Assembly (NCBI RefSeq): GCF_000372725.1
Contig: NW_005202428.1
Location: forward strand, 977,331 to 1,041,330
Origin: Emiliania huxleyi CCMP1516
Lineage: Eukaryota
DNA: 64,000 nt
Reading direction: 5' to 3'
The translations under genes and the position numbers were made by a program. Position 1 is the stretch's first letter; each line of letters opens with the position of its first letter. Below are positions 26,286 to 36,064 of this stretch, piece by piece. Below the pieces are notes generated by a model. It ran no database searches. It was not told the DNA's origin and saw only the letters and a list, made by a program, of their open reading frames with translations.

Positions 26286-26413
26286 CCGTCGAGCTGGGCG
26301 CGACTCGATTCTGACCAGGCATGGCCGAGGACGCACGAGTTCGACCTCACTGAATTTTGCCCGGTGAGGGTAACCCGAGGACCATTGTTTCTTGCACACA
26401 ATCATAATTGACT

Positions 26414-26415
<2 letters not shown>

Positions 26416-26506
<91 letters not shown>

Positions 26507-26515
26507 TCTCTCTCC

Positions 26516-26549
<34 letters not shown>
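26416..26549. repeat. (CT)n microsatellite
   Basis: Direct sequence. Confidence 0.95.
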
Positions 26550-27176
26550 AGCACCTCTGCCGCGCGCCCGCTCGGCTCACTGCCAGCTCCTGCGAGGCAC
26601 CTCGCTCGCTGCGCGTGCGCCGGCCGAGCTCGTGTAGCGCGCAGCTCAGCAGCTCAGGCGCGAGCCGCACCGGCTGCGCCTGCGCGTGCGCCACGATGTG
26701 ATGCATCCTGTAGGAGGCGTCGCGCGAGTCTAGTTGCCACCGCCCACCGGCCGCGGCGGGAGCCGGGAGGCCCCGGCACTGCCCAAAAAACACTGGAGAA
26801 TGCGAATGGAAAACCTCCACAGGCAACTTCAAGTCTTCAACACCTGCCAGACTGGTTTGTGCCCCAACTCGCCACAGGCTGGGAATGGGTCGGCCGCCCC
26901 CGCGCCGCCGCCCGCGGGCCCCCCGGGCCCGCACCCCATCAAAAGGCCCATACGGACGGGGCTTTATCTCCGGCCTGCCGGCGGTGCGCGCGGCGCGTCC
27001 TCCCCGCACGCCGACGCCGGAACGCGCCGCCCAACCGGCAACGACTAAGTTCCTTGCAACCTCATCAAATAATCATCTCACGGGGACCTACCAACTCACC
27101 TCTCCACCGCTGGCACTGCATGCGGAAACTAGCGCACGGTTTGCAATGATCACGCTCCTGAACATCACGATGCGGC

Positions 27177-27440
27177 TCAAGCTCCCTTGCGCTCAAGCTC
27201 GCGGGCCTTCAGCGCGGCGCGGAGGCCTGGAATGCCCTCGGCTTGCAGGATTCGGTGGAGATCCTCCAGCTCAGCGACCTCCTCGGACGCCTTGCGTCCG
27301 AGCGGCGAGACGAGGTTGAGGGGAGGCAGGTCAGCCTCCGTGATGCACCGGGCGAGATCGGAGGATAAGTCGATGATTTTCTGCGACCAGTCCTCCTTCC
27401 TCTCGAGCGCGCGCCGCTCGGCGGGCGAGACTGTGGCCAT
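27177..27440 (-). CDS. Short hypothetical ORF, possibly the first part of a spliced or broken gene
   Basis: 87-aa helical-looking ORF. A GTGAGT donor lies near 27098. Confidence 0.3.
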   Translation of the reverse strand: MATVSPAERRALERKEDWSQKIIDLSSDLARCITEADLPPLNLVSPLGRKASEEVAELEDLHRILQAEGIPGLRAALKARELERKGA

Positions 27441-27515
27441 CGAGCTTTTGCAAATCTGGCCGAAACACCGTAAAAGAAATTATCAAGTCACTCGGGCTTG
27501 CTCATCCCAAAACTG

Positions 27516-27633
27516 ACTCCCTAGGGTGGGCGACGGATAGCGCACCACACACCTCTCCTTAAAATCCCTGTGTGGTGGCGGCGTGCCGTCCTCCCCATCC
27601 CTCCCTTGGGTTGTCTGTTTTCTTTCTTTCTTT
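27516..27633 (+). mobile_element. Family A 3' end with 12-bp TSD ATCCCAAAACTG
   Basis: TSD at 27504-27515 / 27634-27645; (TTTC)n tail. Confidence 0.88.
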
Positions 27634-27827
27634 ATCCCAAAACTGTCACTCCCCTCTCTCCCGGCCGGGGTGGGGCGCGCGCGGGGGCGGCGGGTGTGCG
27701 GCGAGTGTGCGGGATGTCTGTGGGCCCGAGAGCGATATGCCATGTCCGCCTTGCGTTGTTTCATTACACCGAAGGCTAAGCTCAAAAGAAATTACAGGCG
27801 CAAACTCTCGCACACGCACGATTCACA

Positions 27828-27978
27828 AGAGAGATAGGAAGAGGCAGACTCCCTAGGGTGGGCGACGGCTAGCGCACCACACACCTCTCCTTAAAATCCC
27901 TGTGTGGTGGCGGCGTGCCGTCCTCCCATCCCTCCCTTGGGTTGTCTGTTTTCTAGTCTGTTTTCTTTCTTTCTTTCT
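27828..27978 (+). mobile_element. Family A 3' end with 12-bp TSD GCACGATTCACA
   Basis: TSD at 27816-27827 / 27979-27990. Confidence 0.88.
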
Positions 27979-28066
27979 GCACGATTCACACAACAGGCAA
28001 AGCGCGGACGACGGCTTCTAATAGAAGCCGTCCTCACAGTAAAAGAATTTCAACAAAACTCCCTCG

Positions 28067-28420
28067 CTCTAGCCCGTAGCCCGATGCCGATCATCCGGCC
28101 CGCTGGATGCGCTTCTCAGCTCACCGGCCCTGGATGTGAGGTTGCCGACTGCACTCCAAGTGCTCCAAGTGCACAACACTGGGCACGGCAGGCGGCGGCG
28201 GCGTCGCAGAACGAGGCAGAGGAGAGCGACGCGACAGAGGAAGAAGCGACAAGGGAGAGCACGACGAGAAGGGGGAGACCGCGAGGTGGCATGAAGGTTG
28301 CAGCGAGAATCGGCGAGAGACTGCGAAGAGAGATAGGAAGAGGCGGACGCCCAAGGGCGGGCGACGGCTAGCGCACCACACCCCTCTCCTTAAAATCCCT
28401 GTGTGGTGGCGGCGTGCCAC
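28067..28420 (+). mobile_element. Family B 3' end (28067-28172) followed by a family A fragment (about 28186-28420)
   Basis: Homology to other B and A copies. Confidence 0.75.
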
Positions 28421-28501
28421 CCGGGAGGAGATTTCTAGGCAAATAAAACACCGCGTCTGAGCAGGCGCTCGCCGTGCACGGTCACCGAGCCACCTAATCT
28501 G

Positions 28502-28885
28502 ATGCTCTGTCTCCACACCCTCGCCCACCTCGCCTTTACGCCTCCGCTGCTGACACCCCGCGCCGGCTCGCTGCGGGCCCCAGCCGTCCGCCTCGATGAA
28601 GACGACAGCGATCTCCGCGCTGCGTTTGCGCGGCGCGTGTCTGCGGATTCCGGCGACGAAGAGCTGGCCTGGTGGGACTCTGGTGACGTGCAGGTGATTG
28701 GCGGAGTGGCTGTGCTCGTGGCTGCGTTTTCTCTGTGGAGCGGCTCGCTCGGCGGTGGCGACGCCGACCGGCAGAGGGCTGCCGACACGGCCCAGAGCAA
28801 CCCGGCACTCGCACGCTGCGTCGACCGGGCCTTCTCACGCCGCGAAGTCCGTGACTGCACCTCACGCTACGGCGGTGCGGGATGA
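28502..28885 (+). CDS. Small probable plastid-targeted single-TM protein
   Basis: MLCLHTLAHLAF-TPP leader, one TM segment, 127 aa. Confidence 0.55.
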   Translation: MLCLHTLAHLAFTPPLLTPRAGSLRAPAVRLDEDDSDLRAAFARRVSADSGDEELAWWDSGDVQVIGGVAVLVAAFSLWSGSLGGGDADRQRAADTAQSNPALARCVDRAFSRREVRDCTSRYGGAG

Positions 28886-29008
28886 TTGATATGTGTACTA
28901 GTAGAGGGCCAGTCAAGAGGGTACGAATACCTTTGCAGTGACCTTTTCGGTGTGTTTTCGTTCCAAGCCGTTTTGAATAACTTAACATAGCTCCAAGTGC
29001 TCCAAGTG

Positions 29009-30757
29009 CTACACGCCACTCCTCGACTTCTCGATGTCCGCCGAGACCCGCGTTTTCCTTTTCGTCTCGTCGCCACCGCGGGCAGGCTTTGGCGGGGCTG
29101 AAGGCGGAGGCGTGGCGATAGTTTCGAGAGCCGCAACCTTGGGCGAGGCACGCTTCGCAGGGAAGCGCCGGTCCACCCACCCGTGCACCCTGCGTCGGAC
29201 GGGGTCGTCGACGAACCCCTTAATGACAGCGGCGACCAAGTAGATGGTGAGTAGAGCCGCCATGGAGGCGCCCGGCGTGTACGCTTCATAGTCGCTCGGG
29301 ATGCCCTCGTCTGCCATCAGCGCATCGGTCGCAGCATGCAGAATCGTAAAGAATGACAGCACAAAGCCATTGTGCGAGAGGTAAACCTGGAAGCCGAGGT
29401 CGCCGATGGCGGAGAGGGCCGGGTGACGGCACGCGTGGGCGATGCCGCCGCCGGCAGCGCACGAGGTCCAGAGAAACAGGGAGAAGAAGGGGCCGGCGGC
29501 GCTGATCCAGAAGACCTCATACCTGCTACCTTCCTCCTCGTACCTCGCCCATTGCTCGAAGCCAGGCCAGCGCCCTTCCGGAGGCACGAACGCAAGAGCC
29601 ACGGTAGCGACGATGGCCAAAGCGAGCAAGTCGCCAGCGACTGCAATCTTGAGCTTGTGTCTCTTGACGAAGCCTGCGTCGCCTGTCTGCGCGAGGAGCT
29701 CCGCTGCGGTCATGCCAAGGACGAAATCGGCGAGCCTGATGGGCGGGAATTTGTACAGGAAGTCATAGGCGTGGTGGCTGACCACCGGCCCCTCGATGAT
29801 CACGTAGAGCGCGCAAGGGGCGACGGTGACGATGGACGCGAGGAGGAAGAGGAGAAAAGCGCGACGACCACTCCCGCTCTTCTTTAGAAAGTGCTGAATG
29901 GGTGGGAAGAGCACCCACGCAAAGGCAAGCGTCGACATCGTCCACGCGGAGCCGTTCGGCACGGTGCATTCGAGCGGATACCACGACTGCAGCAGGAAGA
30001 CGCTCAGGACCACGGACACGATCGCTCCCGGTTGCTCAAGCGCCCACTTCTGGCTTATAATGATGACAATTAGAATGAGAGAGTAGGTGAGGTAGTACGC
30101 TCCTATGATGCCACCGAATCGCTTGAAATTGTAGCGCGCGACCTGGCTCCAAACAATCTGGTGCCCGTCGTAATACTTGACCTTCCGATACGCATGGTGG
30201 GTGATGAAGCCCGAAAGAACGATGAAAAACTGGACGGGCACAATGGCACGGCCAAGTATGAGCGTGAAAAGGCCCTCCTGGGGAGTCTCAGTCGGTGTCG
30301 GCCTCCACGAACTGGTCATGTGGTCGACCACGATCCAGTATGACAGCAGTGCGCGAAGGCCAGAGATGTGGGTTGTGGCGGTACCCTTTTTCGGCTCAGG
30401 CTTGTTTGAAGCATTCTTCTCTTCAGGGGCGCTTGGAGCCGGCACACCGTCTTTGCGTATGGGTTGCGGTGAGCCCGCCTCTGAGGCGGCCGGTGTTCCG
30501 AGAGGAGTGTCGAGCGGGAACTCCCAAAAGGAGTCCCACTCCCGCTTCCTGATGGCGGTTCGGACCTCCACCCATTTGCTCCGACTCTCGGATAAATGGA
30601 CGCTGCCGGAATGAAGGTCAGCATCAGCGCTTGTGTCGGGGAGGTTCTCCAAACGGACGCTGCCGGAATGAAGATCCTCGGCGCTGGTGTCAGGGAGGTT
30701 CTCCAAACGGACGCTGCCGGAATGAAGATCCTCGGCGCTGGTGGGAAGGGTCTCCAT
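29009..30757 (-). CDS. Acyltransferase-3 (OafA/OatA-like) membrane O-acyltransferase, intronless
   Basis: ISGLRALL..VVDH, VQFFIVLSGF, KRF, WTMSTLAFAW, IGDLGFQVYLSH motifs; about 10 TM; three N-terminal repeats of about 18 aa. Confidence 0.88.
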   Translation of the reverse strand: METLPTSAEDLHSGSVRLENLPDTSAEDLHSGSVRLENLPDTSADADLHSGSVHLSESRSKWVEVRTAIRKREWDSFWEFPLDTPLGTPAASEAGSPQPIRKDGVPAPSAPEEKNASNKPEPKKGTATTHISGLRALLSYWIVVDHMTSSWRPTPTETPQEGLFTLILGRAIVPVQFFIVLSGFITHHAYRKVKYYDGHQIVWSQVARYNFKRFGGIIGAYYLTYSLILIVIIISQKWALEQPGAIVSVVLSVFLLQSWYPLECTVPNGSAWTMSTLAFAWVLFPPIQHFLKKSGSGRRAFLLFLLASIVTVAPCALYVIIEGPVVSHHAYDFLYKFPPIRLADFVLGMTAAELLAQTGDAGFVKRHKLKIAVAGDLLALAIVATVALAFVPPEGRWPGFEQWARYEEEGSRYEVFWISAAGPFFSLFLWTSCAAGGGIAHACRHPALSAIGDLGFQVYLSHNGFVLSFFTILHAATDALMADEGIPSDYEAYTPGASMAALLTIYLVAAVIKGFVDDPVRRRVHGWVDRRFPAKRASPKVAALETIATPPPSAPPKPARGGDETKRKTRVSADIEKSRSGV

Positions 30758-30966
30758 GATATACTGTTCCTATCCGACCGGGGCGCACGTCCCTTCATCA
30801 ATGAACTCAATAAAAATAAAAAATGAGAAGCGGGAGAGCCTGGCGCCCAAAGCGCCCGCCGAGACGGAACACACGTCGGATATCCCGGGGCCGTGGGGGA
30901 CTCGCGCCCGACGGGTGGGGCGCCAATCGCCCATGACGACCGAGTCGAGCTGAGCAACACACGGCG

Positions 30967-31902
30967 ATGAAGCGCCTCGTCATCATGAAGGCCGACCGGT
31001 CCGGCTCCACCTGGTTCACCCGGCTCTTGGTCCACGCGGCTCCACACCACGCCTGGATCACGGAGGAGGCGCTCTCCGGACCGGCCGCAGCAGCACAGCC
31101 TGTCGAGGCCAAGCTTCAGCACCTTTCATCGTGCCTCGCGCGGCCGACGCAACGCCTGCAGCAGCTGCTCGACCGCCCACGTCAGGCTAACTGCTCCGCC
31201 GGTGCTGGCCCGGCTTCGTGCCCGTGGCCACGTGCAATCCTCGGCTTCAGTGTCGACCCGACACATCATCGTCCAGCGCTGCCGTACGATAGGGTGCTGC
31301 GCGCGTGGCCTGACACGCTTGTAGTCGCATTCCTTCGCTCAAACCTCGTCAAGTGGGCCGTGTCGGTCCTGCACGGCTCGGCGCTCCGGAGGGCTGGCTG
31401 CGGTTGGAATGCCAACGCCGCGTGCGCCGCGCGCGCGCCGCTCTCCGCGCTGCGGCTCTCGGCGAGCCGCGTGCTCCGCCAGGTCTACAAGCGCGCACAG
31501 GTTACGCAGCAGGTCCTCTCCGCCGCGACGGGCGCTTCGGGCAGCGTGCACGTGCTGCTGTACGAGCACCTCCAGGCCGACGCTGGCGCAGCACTGGCGG
31601 CGCTGCATCGCGCGCTCGGCTTGCTGCCTCCGCCGCCGGCGCAGGCGGCGGGCGCGCCTCGACCCGGGCATGAGCTGGCTGCGGCGAGGCTGACTAAGGT
31701 GACGGCCGATAACCTCACATTCGCGCTCGAGCCTCGCTCGTACAACGAGCTCGACACCGCCCTCTCGTCGCGGCCGTGCCTGCGAGCCATGCTCAACGCA
31801 CCGGCGGCCACTGCGTTCCCGCTCCTCCAGTGCAGCGTCGGCGGCGAGGCTGCACACGGTCGACCAAGTTTTATCGGGACTGAAGACCTGAGACCGATAT
31901 GA
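30967..31902 (+). CDS. Sulfotransferase-like protein (Stf0/carbohydrate ST type), intronless
   Basis: RSGSTW 5'-PSB-like loop, LRSNLVKWAVS 3'-PB-like motif, LLYEHL. Confidence 0.7.
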   Translation: MKRLVIMKADRSGSTWFTRLLVHAAPHHAWITEEALSGPAAAAQPVEAKLQHLSSCLARPTQRLQQLLDRPRQANCSAGAGPASCPWPRAILGFSVDPTHHRPALPYDRVLRAWPDTLVVAFLRSNLVKWAVSVLHGSALRRAGCGWNANAACAARAPLSALRLSASRVLRQVYKRAQVTQQVLSAATGASGSVHVLLYEHLQADAGAALAALHRALGLLPPPPAQAAGAPRPGHELAAARLTKVTADNLTFALEPRSYNELDTALSSRPCLRAMLNAPAATAFPLLQCSVGGEAAHGRPSFIGTEDLRPI

Positions 31903-32138
31903 CCGCCCTCGAGGTGATTCGAGTCGGCCCACTCGACGGACGACGCGGCATTATTTATACCATTACGCATTAGGCCGGTGTGATGTGAGCTGTGACGAGT
32001 GAAAGAGATCGGCTTTCCGCACTGGCGGCGCAGCCTGCTGGAGCTGGATGAGCTCGAGGCTGGACGAGCGATGAGAGAGAGTGCATGTAGTATTATAACA
32101 CGAAACAGCGGTTGATTGTTCGGTTTGAGATTGAGTAT

Positions 32139-33677
32139 TTAGACCGCGGCGACGGCAACTGGGAGTGGCAGTGGGATGGGAGCCGGGGTCCGAGAGTCCT
32201 CGAGATCGAGGCCGACCAGCGTGGCGCCGCTTGCCTTGGCTCCGTCCACCGCCGCCAGCCCCCCTTCGCAACGCGTGGGCGTGTGAGCCGGCGCGCACGA
32301 TGCGGCCCCGCCACTGCCTTGGCTGTGCGCTATGGCAGTCGCAGAGAGCTTGTGCCAGTCGGTGCACGCCGCGCAAAGTCCCATCGCCACCGAGAGCAAC
32401 ATGTAGGTGAAAGCGAGCATCTGCCAGACGCGGGCGGGGCAGGTGGCGAGCCACACCAGAGGACACCCCACCGGCCAGAGCACGCACACGACGAAGACGG
32501 CCATTTGCCGCTGCTGCCCCAACCCCTTGGCGAGGCCGAGCAGCAGCGCAAAGGTGCCGCTGATCAGCAGAAACATGGACCACGACGGCCACATCTCTGC
32601 CGCCGCGGCCAGGACCTCTGCGTCGCGGGAGAAGAGACGCCGCAGCGAGCCGCCGGCGAGAAAGGCGAAGAGCGAGTAGCCGCACACGGTGGCGATCCCG
32701 ACGCCGACGCCAATCGCCGTGGTGCGCCGCGCCGCCGCGACACGGCCGGCGCCGAGGTGGCCGCCCACCGCGTTGGTCAGCGCCGTCGAGAGACCGATGG
32801 CGAGCATGAAGAGGCACGGCTCGAGGCTGTAGCCGACAGAATAGGCTGAGAGCGGGATCGTTCCCAGCGCGCCGACGCGAAAGCAGACGGCCTCCCAGAA
32901 GAGCCACTCGGTGAGCGAGAAGAGGGAGGCGGCAGAGGTGGCCAGGAAGTGCCTCCACGCCTTTCGGTCGCCGAACAGGGCCGCTCGCCCCTCCGCACGC
33001 GGCCAGGCGGCGGCGGCACGCGGCACCCGCCACCGGATGAGGGCAACGAGGACAGCAGCCATGACCGAGAATGTGAAAAGCGGTGCGAGCATGGGCCCGG
33101 AGGGCCCGAATCCTCTCGTCATCTCAAGCCACACCGGGTGGGTGGCCAGGCCGATGACCGCAGCCGGCAGCGGTGGCCACTGCACGTCTTGCGCGTACAC
33201 AAACTTGCGCGATACCTCAAAGACGAGCCAGGGGGCAAGGCTGGGAAGCAGCATGAGCATGTTGGTCTGCGCGAGGGCCGCAACGTCGGGCGGCTGGCCG
33301 AGGGCAGTGAGAATCTCTCTGGCGAAGATCCAGAGCGGCACAGTCGGCAAGAGGAAGGCAGGCGCGGTGATAACTGCTCGCAGGGCAGTGAGTCCGACCC
33401 CCACAGCGTTGCCGGCTCCGAAATTCTGCGGCGCGATGGTGTCCATGGCAGACAGCGGTGCTGTGAGGATCATGTTGCCAGCCACGTTGAACGTGAGCAC
33501 GCCGAGGGTCGCAGCGGCGAGAGGTGTTGCGGACGAAGCTGCGTGCCCGATCTGCATCACCGTCAGCGCCGTCACGGTGAGCTTAGCACCGTCGACTAGG
33601 GCGATAGGGAGGCCGCTCACGAAAAAGCGAGCCGCCACTCGGTAAGACGGCTCGGGCGTTTGGGACGACGACGACAT
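32139..33677 (-). CDS. MATE family transporter, intronless
   Basis: LSAMDTIAPQNFGAG, EWLFWE, GLSTALTNAVGGHLGAG, GLAKGLGQQ motifs; about 12 TM. Confidence 0.9.
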   Translation of the reverse strand: MSSSSQTPEPSYRVAARFFVSGLPIALVDGAKLTVTALTVMQIGHAASSATPLAAATLGVLTFNVAGNMILTAPLSAMDTIAPQNFGAGNAVGVGLTALRAVITAPAFLLPTVPLWIFAREILTALGQPPDVAALAQTNMLMLLPSLAPWLVFEVSRKFVYAQDVQWPPLPAAVIGLATHPVWLEMTRGFGPSGPMLAPLFTFSVMAAVLVALIRWRVPRAAAAWPRAEGRAALFGDRKAWRHFLATSAASLFSLTEWLFWEAVCFRVGALGTIPLSAYSVGYSLEPCLFMLAIGLSTALTNAVGGHLGAGRVAAARRTTAIGVGVGIATVCGYSLFAFLAGGSLRRLFSRDAEVLAAAAEMWPSWSMFLLISGTFALLLGLAKGLGQQRQMAVFVVCVLWPVGCPLVWLATCPARVWQMLAFTYMLLSVAMGLCAACTDWHKLSATAIAHSQGSGGAASCAPAHTPTRCEGGLAAVDGAKASGATLVGLDLEDSRTPAPIPLPLPVAVAAV

Positions 33678-33847
33678 GCACGAGCGAGGTCCTTGTCCTC
33701 GCACCTCTTCTTGAAGAAGAGGTCTGCACGAGCGTGCCTCGCACTTGCGCGGAAGAAGAGGTCGCACCAGCGGCCAGGCACGACTTCCGCGAACTCGCGC
33801 TGAGGAGAAAAAAGAAACAACTCGGCCGACGAAGCTCTCTAGCCCGT

Positions 33848-33966
33848 TTAAAATCCCTGTGTGGTGGCGGCGTGCCGTCCTCCCATCCCTCCCTTGCTTA
33901 AAATCCCTGTGTGGTGGCGGCGTGCCGTCCTCCCATCCCCCCCTTGGGTTCTCCGTTTTCTTTCTT
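33848..33966 (+). mobile_element. Two tandem family A 3' ends
   Basis: TTAAAATCCCTGTGTGGTGGCGGCGTGCCGTCCTCCCATCCC repeated head-to-tail. Confidence 0.8.
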
Positions 33967-34114
33967 GCCCACCGCGCTTCACCGCCCTATGCGCATGTCT
34001 TGTCGCCCTAGGGGCTCGGGCCCCGGCCTGAACTCCTCACTGCACGTTGCAGAATGTCCCTTGTAATGTGAGAGAGTGCGTTGTGTTCTTGTTTTGTATC
34101 CGCTTTCTCTTTCT

Positions 34115-34447
34115 TCTAGCCCGTAACCCGATCCCAATCGTCTGGCTAACTGGGCGAGCTTCTTAGCTCCCCGGTCCTGGGCGTGCGGCTACCGACTGCA
34201 CTAAAAGTGCTCCAAGTGCGGGGCTCACAACACGGGGCACGGGACCCCTCCCTCCCTTGGGAGCACTTGGAGCACTTGGAGTGCAGTCATTAACCGCACA
34301 TCCAGGGCCGGGGAGCTCAGAAGCGCACCCAGCGGGCCGGATGATTGGCATCGGGTTGCGGGCAAGAGAGCCCTAGCCCCGGGGGTGCGCGTTCGCAGGG
34401 CATGGGATATCTGTTTTCTTTCTTTGTTTCTTTCTGGGGCACGGGAC
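34115..34447. mobile_element. Nested cluster: B (+, 34115-34219), then short A (+, 34246-34435, TSD GGGGCACGGGAC) containing B (-, about 34255-34401)
   Basis: TSD at 34234-34245 / 34436-34447; homology to other copies. Confidence 0.75.
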
Positions 34448-34641
34448 TGGCGCGAACTGGCACCAATGCGCCACCAACACAGGTACACCACGGGAGCCGC
34501 CTAAGCGACTCGTGCGAGGAAAGAATTTTGCGAGGACAAAACAATATAAAAAATCCCCGGCGTGGGCTGGGAGTCTGCCCTCGAGGTTCTGCCACCCCTC
34601 ATCAACATGTGTCTTGGCAGAGTTCCCCTCCCCTTGCCATG

Positions 34642-35150
34642 CTACGGCAGCACGTTGTTTGCTCCAACGTGCGACGCCGCCAGTTCCGAGGCGGTGACGC
34701 AGGAAAGGCCTCGGCTCTCGCACCACTCGAGGAAACCCGTCGTGATGGGCACCACGCTGAGGCGATCACGCGCCCGCGGCACGTGAAAGATGACCACCGA
34801 CCCCGGCTTGGTGCGCCGTGCACAGTACTCCACATGCCACGCCACCGTCGCGGCGCCAGCCTGCGTCCCCCGCCTTCCGCCCCCCACAAAGACGTCGTTG
34901 CTAAACCTAAAGACGTCGCCGAGGAGGGGTGAGTACCCTTCCCGCTGCAGCACGCGCGCCATCGCGCACGACATGGCGCCCATCGGCGGGCGGAACCACG
35001 TCCTTGCTGACGGCGGCGGCAGTTGCGGTTGGTACGGCGCGAGGGAGGGCTTCCTCCGCGGCGCGAAGATCGGCGGCGAAGGCGGGCTCGCCGAGGATCG
35101 TGCGGCATGTGGTTGCATAGCTCGTGCCCCGCAGCGACGATGCGCCTCAT
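34642..35150 (-). pseudogene. NodB/CE4 polysaccharide deacetylase fragment with frameshifts
   Basis: GHELCNH, AADLRAAEEAL and WFRPPMG..GSVVIFH lie in different frames. No N-terminal TxDD motif is visible. Confidence 0.7.
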
Positions 35151-35259
35151 GAGGCCGGCGCAGTCTCGGGCCTTCGCTAGGATGGATGAGAAAACCGTCC
35201 GTAAAGCGGCCGTGCCAACAACTCCTGGGGGCCGACGCCTCGAGGGTTGTCACAGAATA

Positions 35260-36016
35260 ATGCTCGCGCTCGCCGCCTGCGTCGTGGCACTGTATACCGG
35301 CGACGCCTACGTACAGCTCGTTCGCGACTTCACGCAGGTGCAGGCGCAGCCGCACACGGTCTTTGCCATCGAGTTCTTTGCCGGATGGTGCGGCCACTGC
35401 CAGGTGCCGAAGGAGGAGAGTCTGCGCCGTGCCGCCTCAACAGAGTACCGAGCCATGACTTACCGCTGCTGTGCCAGGCGTTTGCGCCGGTGTGGAAGGC
35501 CGCGGCGGCGGGCGCGTGCGCCGCTCGGCCGGCGCTCACCTTTGGCGCTGTCGACTGCGTCGCCGACTACGTCCTCTGCAGAGAGATGGGTGTGAGCGGC
35601 TTCCCGAGCGTCCGCGTCTTCACGGCTGGTGCGCCTCCAACGGGCGAGGAGCTCGCCACCTGCGGGCACGGCTGCGAGTCCGCCGTCGAGGTCCTCGATG
35701 ACGTGTTGGCGGCGGCGAACGCCGCCGCGGCCCGCGCTGCCGCTGCCTCGGGCCCGCCATTCAGATGCTGAACACTGATCCGCGTACTCCAACCAGCGCT
35801 CGAGCACGTGCGCAGCTGCATTCCGCCGTATGCACGCCCTGGGCATCGCTTGAGCCGCCCTCGCATTACCGTGATGCGCCGAATCCCCGCACATGCTCTG
35901 TTTCCCCACCCCCAGTCTTCACACCCTCAGGCTCTCTGCAGCTTCTCAAGGCGCCTCCGGCCACGCCCCTCTCGGGAGCAGCGCTCCTCAAGGCGTCGCG
36001 CGATCTCGCCGCCTTG

Positions 36017-36064
<48 letters not shown>

